IMG/VR virus record: IMGVR_UViG_3300021185_002646
Location: 1 to 64,000 of that record
Reading direction: 5' to 3' (one strand)
DNA: 64,000 nt
Source: a virus
Part shown: positions 9,675-20,199 of the stretch, in pieces
How positions within the stretch are numbered: position 1 is the stretch's first letter
How the letters are laid out: each line of letters opens with the position of its first letter
Program-made: the position numbers and the translations under genes
The notes under the pieces: generated by a model
Told to the model about the DNA's origin: nothing
Seen by the model: the letters and a program-made list of their open reading frames with translations, nothing else
The model's database searches: none

Positions 9675-11996
9675 ATGAGTAAAGATATAACAATAGTAAA
9701 ACGTGATGGGTCTCGCGAACAATTAGATCTAGAGAAAATGCATAAAGTCGTATTTTATGCATGTGACGATGTAGCAGGAGTAAGTGCAAGCCAAGTAGAA
9801 TTAAAAAGTCATTTACAATTCTATAACGGAATTGAAAGTGCAAATATTCAAGAAACACTAATTAAAGCAGCAGCTGATCTTATTAGTGAAGAAACTCCAA
9901 ATTATCAATGGGTAGCAGGCAGATTAATCAACTATCATTTGCGAAAGATAGTTTATCAATCTTTTGAGCCTCCTCATCTTAAAGACATTGCACGTAAAAA
10001 TGTTGACCTAGGTTATTACGATAAAAGTTTTTTCTCCGTTTATAGCACCGAAGAAATTGATCAATTAAACAATTACATTAAACACGACAGAGATGAAAAC
10101 ATTACATATGTTGGCATGGAACAGTTTCGTGGAAAATACTTAGTACAGAATCGTGTTACGGGTGAAATTTTTGAAACACCACAAGTTGCATATATGATGA
10201 TAGCCGCAACATTGTTTGCTAAGTATCCAAATGAAACACGTATGAAATACGTTAAAGAATATTATGATGCTATTAGTAATTTTGATATCAGTTTACCTAC
10301 ACCAATTATGGCAGGTTTACGTACACCTCAAAGACAATTTAGTAGTTGTGTACTAATTGAAACAGACGATAGTTTAGATAGTATTAATGCTACAAGTAGT
10401 GCTATTGTTAAGTATGTTTCACAAAAAGCAGGTATTGGAATTGGTGCAGGAAGTATTCGTTCAATAGGAAGTCCAATTAGAAATGGTGACGCATCACATA
10501 CTGGTGTTATTCCATTTTATAAATTATTTCAGAGTTCTGTTAAGTCTTGCTCACAAGGTGGAGTAAGAGGCGGAGCCGCAACACTATATTATCCAATTTG
10601 GCATTTAGAAGTAGAAGAATTACTTGTTCTTAAGAACAACAAAGGTACAGAAGACAACCGTGTAAGACATATGGACTATGGCGTACAGTTTAATAAACTT
10701 ATGTACGAGCGTTTATTAACAGGCGGAGATATTAGTTTATTTTCACCAAATGATGTTCCAGGATTGTATGAAGCTTTTTTTGATGATCAAGATAAATTTA
10801 AAGAATTATATGAAGAAGCAGAACGTACAGTAGAACGAAAAAAAGTTATGCCAGCAGCAGACCTATTTGGTATGTTTATGGAAGAACGTAAAAATACAGG
10901 GCGTATATACCTAATGAATGTTGACCATGCAAATACACACGGTGCATTCAAACCAGACGTAGCACCTATTAAGCAAAGTAACTTATGTTGTGAAATTAAT
11001 TTACCTACAAAACCATTAGAGTTTTTTAATGACAGAGATGGTGAAATTAGTTTATGTACTTTAAGTGCTATTAATTGGGGCAATGTTAAGACGCCAAAAG
11101 ATTTTGAACGTGTATGTAGATTAGCAGTACGTGGGTTAGATGAGTTACTTGATTATCAAAATTATCCAGTAGTTGCAGCAGAACTTAGTACAATGAAAAG
11201 ACGTCCATTAGGTATTGGTATTATTAATTTTGCATTTTGGTTAGCAAAGAATGATTTAAATTATCAAGATATAGATAAAAAAGGATTAACTAAAGTAGAC
11301 GAGTGGGCAGAAGCATGGAGCTATTATTTAATTAAAGCAAGTGCAGATTTGGCCATTGAAAAAGGAAATATTGATGGCGTATACGAAACAAAATATGGAG
11401 ATGGAATTACACCTAATCAAACATATAAACAAGAAGTAGACGAATTAGTAGCTCACAAAGAACGACAAGACTGGAAAGGTTTACGTAAACAGTTAAAAGA
11501 TACAGGTATTCGTAATTCAACACTAATGGCACTTATGCCTGCTGAAACATCAGCACAAATTAGTAATAGTACTAACGGAGTTGAACCACCACGTGCCTTT
11601 GTAAGTGTTAAGCAATCAAAACATGGTGTTTTGAAACAGGTTGTACCGGGTTATCCTAGGTTAAAGAATAAATATGACTTGTTATGGGATCAACGTAGCC
11701 CAGAGGGTTACTTAAAGATTATGGCTGTATTACAAAAATATATTGATCAAGGTATTTCTGTAAACACAAGTTATAACCCAGAATTTTATGAAGAAGAAAA
11801 GATTCCTATGAGTATAATGTTACAACATCTTGTAATGTTTTATAAGTATGGAGGCAAGCAATTGTATTATTTTAATACACATGACGGTCAAGGTGAGATT
11901 AACTTTGATAAGAAAAATGAAGAAGAATTACTACAAAGAGATAGTTTTGCTTCAGACGAAGAATATGACGACTACTGCGAAAGTTGTATAATTTAA
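9675..11996 (+). CDS. nrdA: ribonucleoside-diphosphate reductase class Ia alpha subunit
   Basis: ATP cone VKRDG, QFSSC, SNLCCEI, LYY and C-terminal CESC. Confidence 0.97.
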   Translation: MSKDITIVKRDGSREQLDLEKMHKVVFYACDDVAGVSASQVELKSHLQFYNGIESANIQETLIKAAADLISEETPNYQWVAGRLINYHLRKIVYQSFEPPHLKDIARKNVDLGYYDKSFFSVYSTEEIDQLNNYIKHDRDENITYVGMEQFRGKYLVQNRVTGEIFETPQVAYMMIAATLFAKYPNETRMKYVKEYYDAISNFDISLPTPIMAGLRTPQRQFSSCVLIETDDSLDSINATSSAIVKYVSQKAGIGIGAGSIRSIGSPIRNGDASHTGVIPFYKLFQSSVKSCSQGGVRGGAATLYYPIWHLEVEELLVLKNNKGTEDNRVRHMDYGVQFNKLMYERLLTGGDISLFSPNDVPGLYEAFFDDQDKFKELYEEAERTVERKKVMPAADLFGMFMEERKNTGRIYLMNVDHANTHGAFKPDVAPIKQSNLCCEINLPTKPLEFFNDRDGEISLCTLSAINWGNVKTPKDFERVCRLAVRGLDELLDYQNYPVVAAELSTMKRRPLGIGIINFAFWLAKNDLNYQDIDKKGLTKVDEWAEAWSYYLIKASADLAIEKGNIDGVYETKYGDGITPNQTYKQEVDELVAHKERQDWKGLRKQLKDTGIRNSTLMALMPAETSAQISNSTNGVEPPRAFVSVKQSKHGVLKQVVPGYPRLKNKYDLLWDQRSPEGYLKIMAVLQKYIDQGISVNTSYNPEFYEEEKIPMSIMLQHLVMFYKYGGKQLYYFNTHDGQGEINFDKKNEEELLQRDSFASDEEYDDYCESCII

Positions 11997-12008
11997 GGAA
12001 ACATATGA

Positions 12009-13136
12009 ATGACAATTTTAAATACCAAAAATGACAAATATCATACAGAAGCAAACTCATTCTTAGATGGCCGACTTGGTTTTCAAAGATACGATACTGT
12101 AAAGTATAAACAATTTGATAAATTAACTGATAAACAATTAGGTTTCTTTTGGAGACCAGAAGAAGTTGATGTTAGTAAAGATTCACAAGACTTTAAAAAT
12201 CTTACTGAGCATGAACAACATATTTTTACAAGTAATCTAAAAAGACAAATCCTACTAGATAGTGTTCAGGGCAGAGCACCAGTAGAAGCATTTGGTCCTA
12301 TAGTTAGTTTACCAGAATTAGAAAATTGGATTATGACTTGGACATTTAGTGAAACAATCCATTCTCGTAGTTATACACATATTATTCGTAACATTTATTC
12401 TAATCCTACTATTGTATTTGACGAATTAACTGATAGTAAAGAAATTACAGAATGTGGTGATGATATTTCAAAATACTATGATGAGTTAATTGAACTAACA
12501 AGTTATTATAATTTACTAGGAACAGGTAAGCATAAAGTAAATGGTAAAACAATTGAAGTAGATGAATATGAATTAAAAAAGAAAATTTGGTTAACATTAA
12601 ATAGTGTTAACATTTTAGAAGGAATTCGCTTCTATGTGAGTTTTGCTTGCTCTTGGGCATTTGCAGAACTTAAGAAGATGGAAGGTAATGCAAAAATTAT
12701 TAAATTTATTGCACGTGATGAAAACGTACACTTAGCAAGCACACAATACTTGCTATCAAAAGTATTAACAAAAGAAGACCCAGACTTCCTAAAAATTGCA
12801 GAAGAATGTAAAGACGAAGTAACAAAAATGTTTGTAGACGCAGTTGAACAAGAAAAAGAATGGGCTGAGTATTTGTTTAAGGATGGATCAATGATTGGTC
12901 TAAATGCACAATTATTAAGCGATTACATTGAATGGATTTGTTGTAAACGTATGACTGCATTAGGAATGAAATGTCCATATACAACATCACAAGCCAACCC
13001 ACTGCCATGGACACAAAAATGGATCAGTGGAGCAGAAGTACAAGTAGCACCACAAGAAACAGAGATTAGTTCTTATATTATTGGTGGTGTTAAAAAAGAC
13101 GTATCAGAAGATACATTTTCGGGGATGAGTTTATGA
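12009..13136 (+). CDS. nrdB: ribonucleoside-diphosphate reductase class Ia beta subunit
   Basis: FFWRPEE, ETIHSRSY, EGIRFY, RDENVH, VAPQETEISSY. Confidence 0.97.
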   Translation: MTILNTKNDKYHTEANSFLDGRLGFQRYDTVKYKQFDKLTDKQLGFFWRPEEVDVSKDSQDFKNLTEHEQHIFTSNLKRQILLDSVQGRAPVEAFGPIVSLPELENWIMTWTFSETIHSRSYTHIIRNIYSNPTIVFDELTDSKEITECGDDISKYYDELIELTSYYNLLGTGKHKVNGKTIEVDEYELKKKIWLTLNSVNILEGIRFYVSFACSWAFAELKKMEGNAKIIKFIARDENVHLASTQYLLSKVLTKEDPDFLKIAEECKDEVTKMFVDAVEQEKEWAEYLFKDGSMIGLNAQLLSDYIEWICCKRMTALGMKCPYTTSQANPLPWTQKWISGAEVQVAPQETEISSYIIGGVKKDVSEDTFSGMSL

Positions 13137-13384
13137 TTACAATTTATGGAAAAACACAATGCGGTTACTGTGATGCTGCTAAAAGATTATGTGAATCTAG
13201 AGGATTAGATTTTGAATACAAACAGTTAGACAAAGATTTTACAAGAGAAGTTATGGTAGAGGAATTTCCAACTGCCAGAACATTCCCACAGATTGTTGTC
13301 AGTGGCAACAAAATAGGTGGGTACGATCAATTAGTCAAGTACATTGAAGATACAAATTACACAGGTACTGGCGACACACTATAA
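13133..13384 (+). CDS. glutaredoxin
   Basis: CGYC, TFPQI, IGGYDQL. Confidence 0.92.
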   Translation: MITIYGKTQCGYCDAAKRLCESRGLDFEYKQLDKDFTREVMVEEFPTARTFPQIVVSGNKIGGYDQLVKYIEDTNYTGTGDTL

Positions 13385-13394
13385 AGGATAATAT

Positions 13395-13694
13395 ATGTTA
13401 GTAGAATCACAATACAAAACGGGTGATATAATCAGTATCAAACTTTCGTCAGGTGAAGAAATGATTGCACGTTTTGAAGATGAAAATGGCGAAGTTATTA
13501 CAATTGTTAAACCTTATATCTTAATTGCGGCACAGAATGGAATGGCATTAGCACCATATATGTTTACTATTTCGCCTGATACCAAAGTACAATTAAAGAT
13601 AAATAATGTTATATGCATAGTTAAATCGGCAAAAGATGCCGCTGATATGTATATTAAACAAAGCACAGGAATAGCAATTGCCTCAGGTACATAG
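13395..13694 (+). CDS. conserved phage protein (Sm-like beta fold likely)
   Basis: GDIISIKLSSGEEMIAR pattern. Confidence 0.6.
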   Translation: MLVESQYKTGDIISIKLSSGEEMIARFEDENGEVITIVKPYILIAAQNGMALAPYMFTISPDTKVQLKINNVICIVKSAKDAADMYIKQSTGIAIASGT

Positions 13695-13968
13695 AAACGG
13701 AGACTCACGTAGTTGTGGTGCAAGTACAAATGCATCCGCACATAAAAACGTGTATGTAAATAATCAGCCAATCAGTGTTGATAGTGATCCAAATAGTCAT
13801 GGCGGTGGTGAACTAAATGCCGCATGCAAGAATGTATATGTTGGCAATAAATTAGTGGTAATTGTTGGCAATAGTGCAGCTCCAGATAATAAATGCCCAC
13901 TACCGGGCGGAGCTCATTGTAATCCGAAGTCAACTTCGGGTAGTCCAAATGTGCATATAGGACAGTAA
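13678..13968 (+). CDS. PAAR-like baseplate spike tip protein
   Basis: R.GD...CG, NVYVNN, GSPNVHIG repeats with Cys/His ligands. Confidence 0.85.
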   Translation: MPQVHRNGDSRSCGASTNASAHKNVYVNNQPISVDSDPNSHGGGELNAACKNVYVGNKLVVIVGNSAAPDNKCPLPGGAHCNPKSTSGSPNVHIGQ

Positions 13969-13969
13969 C

Positions 13970-15688
13970 ATGAGTGATTTTGTAAATGATTTAAAAGATG
14001 CTAGTGATTATCTTAACTCAACTAAGGTAGATATACCTACTGGTAAGTTTGATGTAGATCCAGAATCAGGCACTGTAACCCCTCAAACACAAGCATACAG
14101 CTTGAAAGAAATCATTTGTAGCCTATTAGCCGGAAACGGTATAAAACTCCCAAATTTGCAAATATGTTTAAAGGTTAATATAGGTAGACTAATACCTGAG
14201 ATACCTGCAGGTTTAGAAGAATTAAAAGGAGCATTAGAAGAGGCTGAAAAAGCTCTTGATGAATTTATTGCTCACACTAATATTGATAATGCATTAGGCA
14301 GACTAAATGCCGCGGTGGCAGAATTTGCCGCGATTGCTAACATGATTAATTTTTGTGGAACACCAGTAATACCACGTGCTATCCCAAATGTACTAAAAGA
14401 TTCAATGGGTAGTTTCTTAGGTGCTGGTAAAGATATACTAGACACATTAGGTACTATGGCTGACAGTGATATAGGTGGATGTATTGGCACTGATGGGAAC
14501 TTTAGTCCAGATTTATTTACAGGTGGATTATTAAAACAATTAGGTAATAATTTTAATAATCTTCTTGGAATGCCAGAAGCATTAAAACAAAGTATTACTA
14601 ACGATTTAAAAGCATTCAAAACAGATATAGAAAATCTTATAGAGTTTGAAAATAATTTCGCAGGTACACAAGGTACTGGTGGTAGTATGTTTGCACCAAA
14701 CGACAGAGTAAACACTAGCGTTGGTATGGCAGTAGATCCAAACTTAACATTATCAAAAAGTCAACAGTATGCAAGTACTATACAATCATTGTATAATAGT
14801 TTAAAAGGCTATCCAGTAGATGCAGCTGGTAATGATATTTTTTATTATTTACTAGAGCCAGAAATATTAGCAAAATTACAAAACAATGGTGACCTAACTG
14901 TACCTTTAGCAGAAAGAGAACCAGTATACGATCACTGTAATAGAATAACTGGCTACACAGAACGTACAATACAAACAGTACAACAATCTAGTACAGGTGC
15001 AGAAAAATTAAATACAATACAACCAGGTGTTACAGGACTAGCAGAAAGTGGAGTAGTTTTAACTAGTCCACCAGCAACTACAACAAACTTAGGAAGTGGC
15101 GGAACTACTACAACAACAACTAGTAGCGGTACTGTTGATCTAAGTGCATATTCTACTACTGCACAAATGCAGGCGGCAGATGCAGCCGTTACTACTGCAT
15201 TTAATTTAGCAGATACAACTGCAACAACAGATAGAGCAGCAATTCGTAGTGAATTTACATCAGCTGATGCTGTACTTCGAGCAGACATCGATACAAATTC
15301 AGCTTTAATTACAACTAACACAAATAACATTGTAACTAACACTTCTGATATCGCAACTAATACATCAGACATTGCAACTAATACGGCAGCCATTACTGCA
15401 TTGCAAAGTGGAGGTGGATTACCTGCAAACGCAACATTTACGAATCTTACCACAACAAACTTTACAGTAACAGGAACTGGTAGTATAACACTCGCAAGTG
15501 GAAATGATTTATCATTAACTGCTACAGATAGAGTAAAAGTAACAGGAACTACTCCGTTTAAACTTGCTAACATGACAACAACAGAACGTAATGCAATTTC
15601 ATTGCCAGAAAATGGTGATATGATTTATAACACAACAGACAACAAGTTCCAAGGGTATGCTAACAGCGTATGGGTGGACTTGCATTAA
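13970..15688 (+). CDS. virion structural protein with trimeric coiled-coil stalk
   Basis: TNTSDIA heptad repeats; C-terminal MTTTERNAI...GDMIYNTT motif seen in tail-fibre proteins. Confidence 0.6.
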   Translation: MSDFVNDLKDASDYLNSTKVDIPTGKFDVDPESGTVTPQTQAYSLKEIICSLLAGNGIKLPNLQICLKVNIGRLIPEIPAGLEELKGALEEAEKALDEFIAHTNIDNALGRLNAAVAEFAAIANMINFCGTPVIPRAIPNVLKDSMGSFLGAGKDILDTLGTMADSDIGGCIGTDGNFSPDLFTGGLLKQLGNNFNNLLGMPEALKQSITNDLKAFKTDIENLIEFENNFAGTQGTGGSMFAPNDRVNTSVGMAVDPNLTLSKSQQYASTIQSLYNSLKGYPVDAAGNDIFYYLLEPEILAKLQNNGDLTVPLAEREPVYDHCNRITGYTERTIQTVQQSSTGAEKLNTIQPGVTGLAESGVVLTSPPATTTNLGSGGTTTTTTSSGTVDLSAYSTTAQMQAADAAVTTAFNLADTTATTDRAAIRSEFTSADAVLRADIDTNSALITTNTNNIVTNTSDIATNTSDIATNTAAITALQSGGGLPANATFTNLTTTNFTVTGTGSITLASGNDLSLTATDRVKVTGTTPFKLANMTTTERNAISLPENGDMIYNTTDNKFQGYANSVWVDLH

Positions 15689-17232
15689 TGGAAAAAGAAT
15701 ACATTGTTATATTAAATCCTGATATTGATTTTGATCAATTTAATCAGGAAATGATTAGTAATACAGGTGCAGGTGTTATTCCAGACAGAACTGTTGATAT
15801 AGCAAATCCTAGGACAGGTAGTCAACGAAGTACACACTATTCACTAACAGACGAAGAAGCAGAACAACTAAAAAATGATCCTAGAGTACGTGATGTAGAA
15901 ATACCACCCGATCAACGAGATGATATTGAAATTGGACTTTTTGCATCTCAATCCGGAGACTTTACAAAAACTACATCTGATAGCGGAAGTCAACTTAATT
16001 GGGGTATGCGTAGATGTATTGAAAATGCAAATCCATACGGCTCAAGTAATTCTGATCCAGGAGGAGACTTTACATATACATTAGATGGCGAAGGCGTAGA
16101 TGTTGTTATACAAGACAGTGGACTACAAGTAGATCATCCAGAATTTAATGATGAAGATGGTAATAGTAGAGTTCAGCAAATAAATTGGTATACAGAGAGT
16201 GGATTAAGTGGAACACAAAGTTCAAATCATTATAGAGATTATGACGGACATGGAACACACGTTGCCGGAACGGCAGCTGGCCTAACTTATGGTTGGGCAA
16301 AAAATGCCAGAATTTATTCAGTTAAAGTAGGTGGACTAGAAGGAAGCGGTGATAGTGGTACAGGAATAAGTATATCAAATTGTTTTGATGTAATTAAAGA
16401 ATGGCATAATAATAAACCAATTGATCCAAATACAGGATTTAAAAGACCAACTATAGTTAATATGAGTTGGGGATATAGTGGTGGAGTATCAGGGATTACA
16501 AGTATTGTTTACAGAGGTACAACTTATAGTTCTGGTAATGATTCTAATTTTTCTAGCTCACCTAATACACATATGGCTAGTACATATGGATTGTATCCAT
16601 ATTTTGCCGGAGTTGGTTACAGATATCCAGTAAGAGTATCAAGTGTAGATTCAGACGTAGAAGAACTTATTGCAGCCGGTGTACATGTTTGTATTGCCGC
16701 TGGTAACAATCGTTTTAAAGCAGATGTTGTTGGTGGACTTGATTACGATAATCGTTGGAATAGTACACGTTACTATCACAGAGGCAGTTCGCCTTATAGC
16801 GATAATGCAATGATGGTAGGTAGTATTGATTCAACAACTTCTTCTGGAACTGATCAAATTAGTAGTTTTACTACAAAAGGTCCTGGTGTTACATTATTTG
16901 CTCCAGGAAGTAATATTAGAAGTTCATTTAGCAATACCAATAGACATAATGATTCTACTTATTATCTAAATTCATCATTTAAGCAAGGAAGTATATCAGG
17001 TACTAGCATGGCTAGTCCACAAGTATGTGGATTAGGAGCAACTGTTTTACAACTAAATCCATACCTAACACCAGCACAATTACAGTTAAAATTAACGAAT
17101 TTAGCGTCAAATAACGTGTTATACACTACTAATTCGGGTATTGACTATGCTGACAACAGATCGTTGCTAAATGCCCCTAATAAACTGCTATACACCCCCT
17201 TTAATAGCAGTAATGTCTTATCAGCATCATAA
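15688..17232 (+). CDS. subtilisin-family (S8) serine protease
   Basis: VIQDSG (Asp), HGTHVAGT (His), AAGN, GTSMASP (Ser); likely start is the TAATG overlap at 15688. Confidence 0.92.
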   Translation: MEKEYIVILNPDIDFDQFNQEMISNTGAGVIPDRTVDIANPRTGSQRSTHYSLTDEEAEQLKNDPRVRDVEIPPDQRDDIEIGLFASQSGDFTKTTSDSGSQLNWGMRRCIENANPYGSSNSDPGGDFTYTLDGEGVDVVIQDSGLQVDHPEFNDEDGNSRVQQINWYTESGLSGTQSSNHYRDYDGHGTHVAGTAAGLTYGWAKNARIYSVKVGGLEGSGDSGTGISISNCFDVIKEWHNNKPIDPNTGFKRPTIVNMSWGYSGGVSGITSIVYRGTTYSSGNDSNFSSSPNTHMASTYGLYPYFAGVGYRYPVRVSSVDSDVEELIAAGVHVCIAAGNNRFKADVVGGLDYDNRWNSTRYYHRGSSPYSDNAMMVGSIDSTTSSGTDQISSFTTKGPGVTLFAPGSNIRSSFSNTNRHNDSTYYLNSSFKQGSISGTSMASPQVCGLGATVLQLNPYLTPAQLQLKLTNLASNNVLYTTNSGIDYADNRSLLNAPNKLLYTPFNSSNVLSAS

Positions 17233-17256
17233 ATTGCAAAAAATAAGACATTTCGG

Positions 17257-17285
17257 TTGACAAAACCGCATCTTACTAGTATATT
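17257..17285 (+). promoter_or_regulatory. sigma70-type early promoter
   Basis: TTGACA-17bp-TATATT; spacer holds half-site CATCTTACT. Confidence 0.7.
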
Positions 17286-17346
17286 AGTACTTAATAAGCG
17301 TAAAACCTTATTATAAAACAATTAAACACATTAATATGGTAAAAAA

Positions 17347-17628
17347 ATGAGAGCAACAGAATATAAGGATGGGATAAAGCGAATTAAAGCCAAGATTGAA
17401 GTTCCAATGAGTGAACTTGATGTTGGTAATTATGTATTAAGTGCTCTTACGCATAATGCAGTTAATTTGACACAGATACAAAAACTTAATAAACGCGAAT
17501 TGTTACAATTAGCAAAAAATGAAGTTAAAGAAAAAGGTATTAGATCAGTTTCTATTGAATCAGTTGATAATGACACTAAAGTTATCGTAAGAAATTACAT
17601 AAAACAAATGTTCCCCGAACTACAGTAA
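17347..17628 (+). CDS. hypothetical protein
   Basis: 93-aa ORF after promoter. Confidence 0.6.
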   Translation: MRATEYKDGIKRIKAKIEVPMSELDVGNYVLSALTHNAVNLTQIQKLNKRELLQLAKNEVKEKGIRSVSIESVDNDTKVIVRNYIKQMFPELQ

Positions 17629-17801
17629 TGGGTCACGATTATTATGATAAAGATGCAGTCTTTAATTCATATATAAAAGACTTGGCTACTGAAGAAGGTT
17701 GGGAAGAGCCGTTTACTACTATGACTGTAAATGAAGATTCACTTGGTCCAGATGTACTAAAAAATGTTGAAAAAGTACACGAACAAATAGTATCTGCATA
17801 A
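17628..17801 (+). CDS. small acidic hypothetical protein (not in ORF track)
   Basis: TAATG overlap; 57 aa MGHDYYDKDAVF...EQIVSA. Confidence 0.55.
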   Translation: MGHDYYDKDAVFNSYIKDLATEEGWEEPFTTMTVNEDSLGPDVLKNVEKVHEQIVSA

Positions 17802-17823
17802 ATAACATAGTAGTTAATAATAT

Positions 17824-17899
17824 GCCGGTATAGCTCAGTTGGTAGAGCATCTGATTTGTAATCAGGAGGTCGAGTGTTCAAATCATTCTGCCGGCACCA
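17824..17899 (+). tRNA. tRNA-Thr(TGT)
   Basis: Cloverleaf, anticodon loop TT-TGT-AA, encoded CCA. Confidence 0.95.
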
Positions 17900-18086
17900 T
17901 TAACAAGAATAGTTTGCTAACTTTACAGCACGAATACGCCCTAGGTTAGGTAATCAAAGGACAAAGTACAGGACACATAAAATATAATAAATAAAAAGAC
18001 AAACGAGAGAGAGGCACAGGACGCCCAACTGTAACAAGTTGTAATCGGAAATACAAATAGACAGAATAAAAAAGAAAGATATATAA

Positions 18087-18302
18087 ATGAAACTTAGAAA
18101 TGAGATGTTAAAAACAGCTATACAACACGCAGACGGTGAAATTCAATTACATAAAATGAATGTTGAAGTATATTTAACTAATCCTGCAGGTATAGGCGAA
18201 CACAGTGATGTAATGGAAGCTATTCAAGTTGAACTTGATAAGATGTCTACTGCACACGATCGCAAAGAAATGCTGACTAAGTATTTTAAATTGGGGGATT
18301 AG
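18087..18302 (+). CDS. conserved phage hypothetical protein
   Basis: NVEVYLTNPAGIGEHSD motif; 3' end overlaps tRNA-Ala. Confidence 0.7.
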   Translation: MKLRNEMLKTAIQHADGEIQLHKMNVEVYLTNPAGIGEHSDVMEAIQVELDKMSTAHDRKEMLTKYFKLGD

Positions 18303-18368
18303 CTCAGCTGGGAGAGCGTCTGGTTTGCATCCAGAAGGTCAGCAGTTCGATCCTGCTATCCTCCACCA
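18293..18368 (+). tRNA. tRNA-Ala(TGC)
   Basis: G3:U70 pair, loop TT-TGC-AT, encoded CCA. Confidence 0.95.
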
Positions 18369-18374
18369 AAATTT

Positions 18375-18398
18375 AACCCAGCCTTAGTGCTGGGTTTT
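18375..18398 (+). terminator. intrinsic terminator
   Basis: AACCCAGC/GCTGGGTT hairpin followed by T run. Confidence 0.7.
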
Positions 18399-18418
18399 CA
18401 CTAACTAGGAAACAATTC

Positions 18419-19285
18419 ATGGACATAGCAATTTACCAAAATGACACAGGAAGTGCACCAGCAATACATTGGTGGCTTTCACAAGAAACTAATATAGGAC
18501 CAGAAGTATATGATTTTAATACAGGTTACTGTACGCCAAGTGGGCATCACGTAGGTGCTATTGTCATTGAGAATGAACAATCAAAACATCATAATTTACA
18601 TACACAATCGATTCAATTATTAGATAACTCAACAAACGGTATTATTGATGTTATGTCTCCGTTTGATGATATAAGAAAAGATTATGAGCATCTTGTATGG
18701 AGTAATTATAGTAGCAACCTAAGTAATCCAGATAATATTATTAAAGCAGATAAGACTATTTTAGTTGATAATAGTCCCGAAGAACAATTATTTTTTTATA
18801 TTAGCCAATATGCATTTTCTTGGTTGGAATCTATAGAAGATATAGCACAACAAACAAATAATTGGGCAAATGAACATAATATTGAAAACTGGAAAGAAGT
18901 ATGGGATAAAAAGTATGCTAAAAACTTTGAACAATCATTTGTTGATGGAAAACTAAAATATATGTGGCAACTTAATTTTGCACATCATGATTTAATGGAT
19001 CAACTTGCAAAAGGTAATGATGATATAACTTTAGTTGACGCAGATGACCATGCTAGATTATTTGATAAACAAAAAGAAGATTTCACAGATACATTATTTG
19101 CATATGCTAACTCAGAAGCAGATCATTTAATTGTAGGTGACGATTGGTTTGAAAATTATGAAAGTATAATTGATTATTTAGAAATAGAAAGTTCTTTTAG
19201 ATTAAAAAAGTTTAGAATTGATTATATGAAATTGTATAAACGCAAAAAGCAATTATACATAGATACATTTTCAAAATACCTATGA
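18419..19285 (+). CDS. hypothetical protein, paralog of 19282..20199
   Basis: Shared IAIYQ...APAIHWWL and GKL.YMWQLNFAH motifs. Confidence 0.7.
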   Translation: MDIAIYQNDTGSAPAIHWWLSQETNIGPEVYDFNTGYCTPSGHHVGAIVIENEQSKHHNLHTQSIQLLDNSTNGIIDVMSPFDDIRKDYEHLVWSNYSSNLSNPDNIIKADKTILVDNSPEEQLFFYISQYAFSWLESIEDIAQQTNNWANEHNIENWKEVWDKKYAKNFEQSFVDGKLKYMWQLNFAHHDLMDQLAKGNDDITLVDADDHARLFDKQKEDFTDTLFAYANSEADHLIVGDDWFENYESIIDYLEIESSFRLKKFRIDYMKLYKRKKQLYIDTFSKYL

Positions 19286-20199
19286 ACATAGCAATATATC
19301 AAACTGTAAATGCACACGCACCAGCAATACATTGGTGGCTTGCACAAGATAAACGTTTTGGACCACAGTTGTACAACGGATTAGAGCCACTTTGTAATGG
19401 TGATCAAATAGGAAGTATTGTACAAGAAATACGAGATGAAGATATTGATGCTGATTTATATAACATTCATCAAGAAAGTCTTAGAGAAATGGAAAATAAA
19501 GAAGCTGTAAATGGAATAGTTGATTGTACTTCTTCTTATTTTAATAGTATAAACAATTATGAATATCCAGTATGGAGTAATTATTTTGGTTGCACAAAAT
19601 ATCCTAATTCAGTACCTTTAAGTGATAAACTTTTATTTGCTAAGTCAACTATAAAAGATGATGCTATGTTTTATATAACACAGTACGCATTTATTAAACT
19701 ATCTATTGATGAAATCAACGATCATAGTAAAATATGGTGGGAAGATCATAAACTAATGGATGGCAAGGTGTTAGATAGTTGGAAGGAAATATGGTACAGA
19801 GATTATCATGATCAATGTATAGCAGACTTTCATAATGGTAAATTGCAATACATGTGGCAATTAAATTTTGCACATTGGGATTTGCATAATATGTTAGTAG
19901 AAAATAAAAGTAAATTTACGTTAGATTATTCAATAGAAAGATTGTTTAAGGAAAAACATAAAACTGATGATTTTAATGCAGAGCAAAATGCAATAAAATT
20001 AATGACTGATAATACTATAGATCATTTGTTAGTTGATGTAGAATGGTTTAACAATACTGATGTTATACTTGATTATTTAGGTATTAAAAATAGCAAAGCA
20101 TTAGATGATGCGGCATTACTATACAATGAGCGTTATAAAATTGTTTGTAAAGCCTACGAAGAATTATCTAATAAATACTACAAAGGAATTATATTATGA
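19282..20199 (+). CDS. hypothetical protein, paralog of 18419..19285
   Basis: Same shared motifs; ATGA overlap. Confidence 0.7.
   Translation: MNIAIYQTVNAHAPAIHWWLAQDKRFGPQLYNGLEPLCNGDQIGSIVQEIRDEDIDADLYNIHQESLREMENKEAVNGIVDCTSSYFNSINNYEYPVWSNYFGCTKYPNSVPLSDKLLFAKSTIKDDAMFYITQYAFIKLSIDEINDHSKIWWEDHKLMDGKVLDSWKEIWYRDYHDQCIADFHNGKLQYMWQLNFAHWDLHNMLVENKSKFTLDYSIERLFKEKHKTDDFNAEQNAIKLMTDNTIDHLLVDVEWFNNTDVILDYLGIKNSKALDDAALLYNERYKIVCKAYEELSNKYYKGIIL

Noticed and set aside
9675-13136. Introns, inteins or homing endonucleases in nrdA/nrdB
   Set aside because: Both ORFs are uninterrupted and of normal length.
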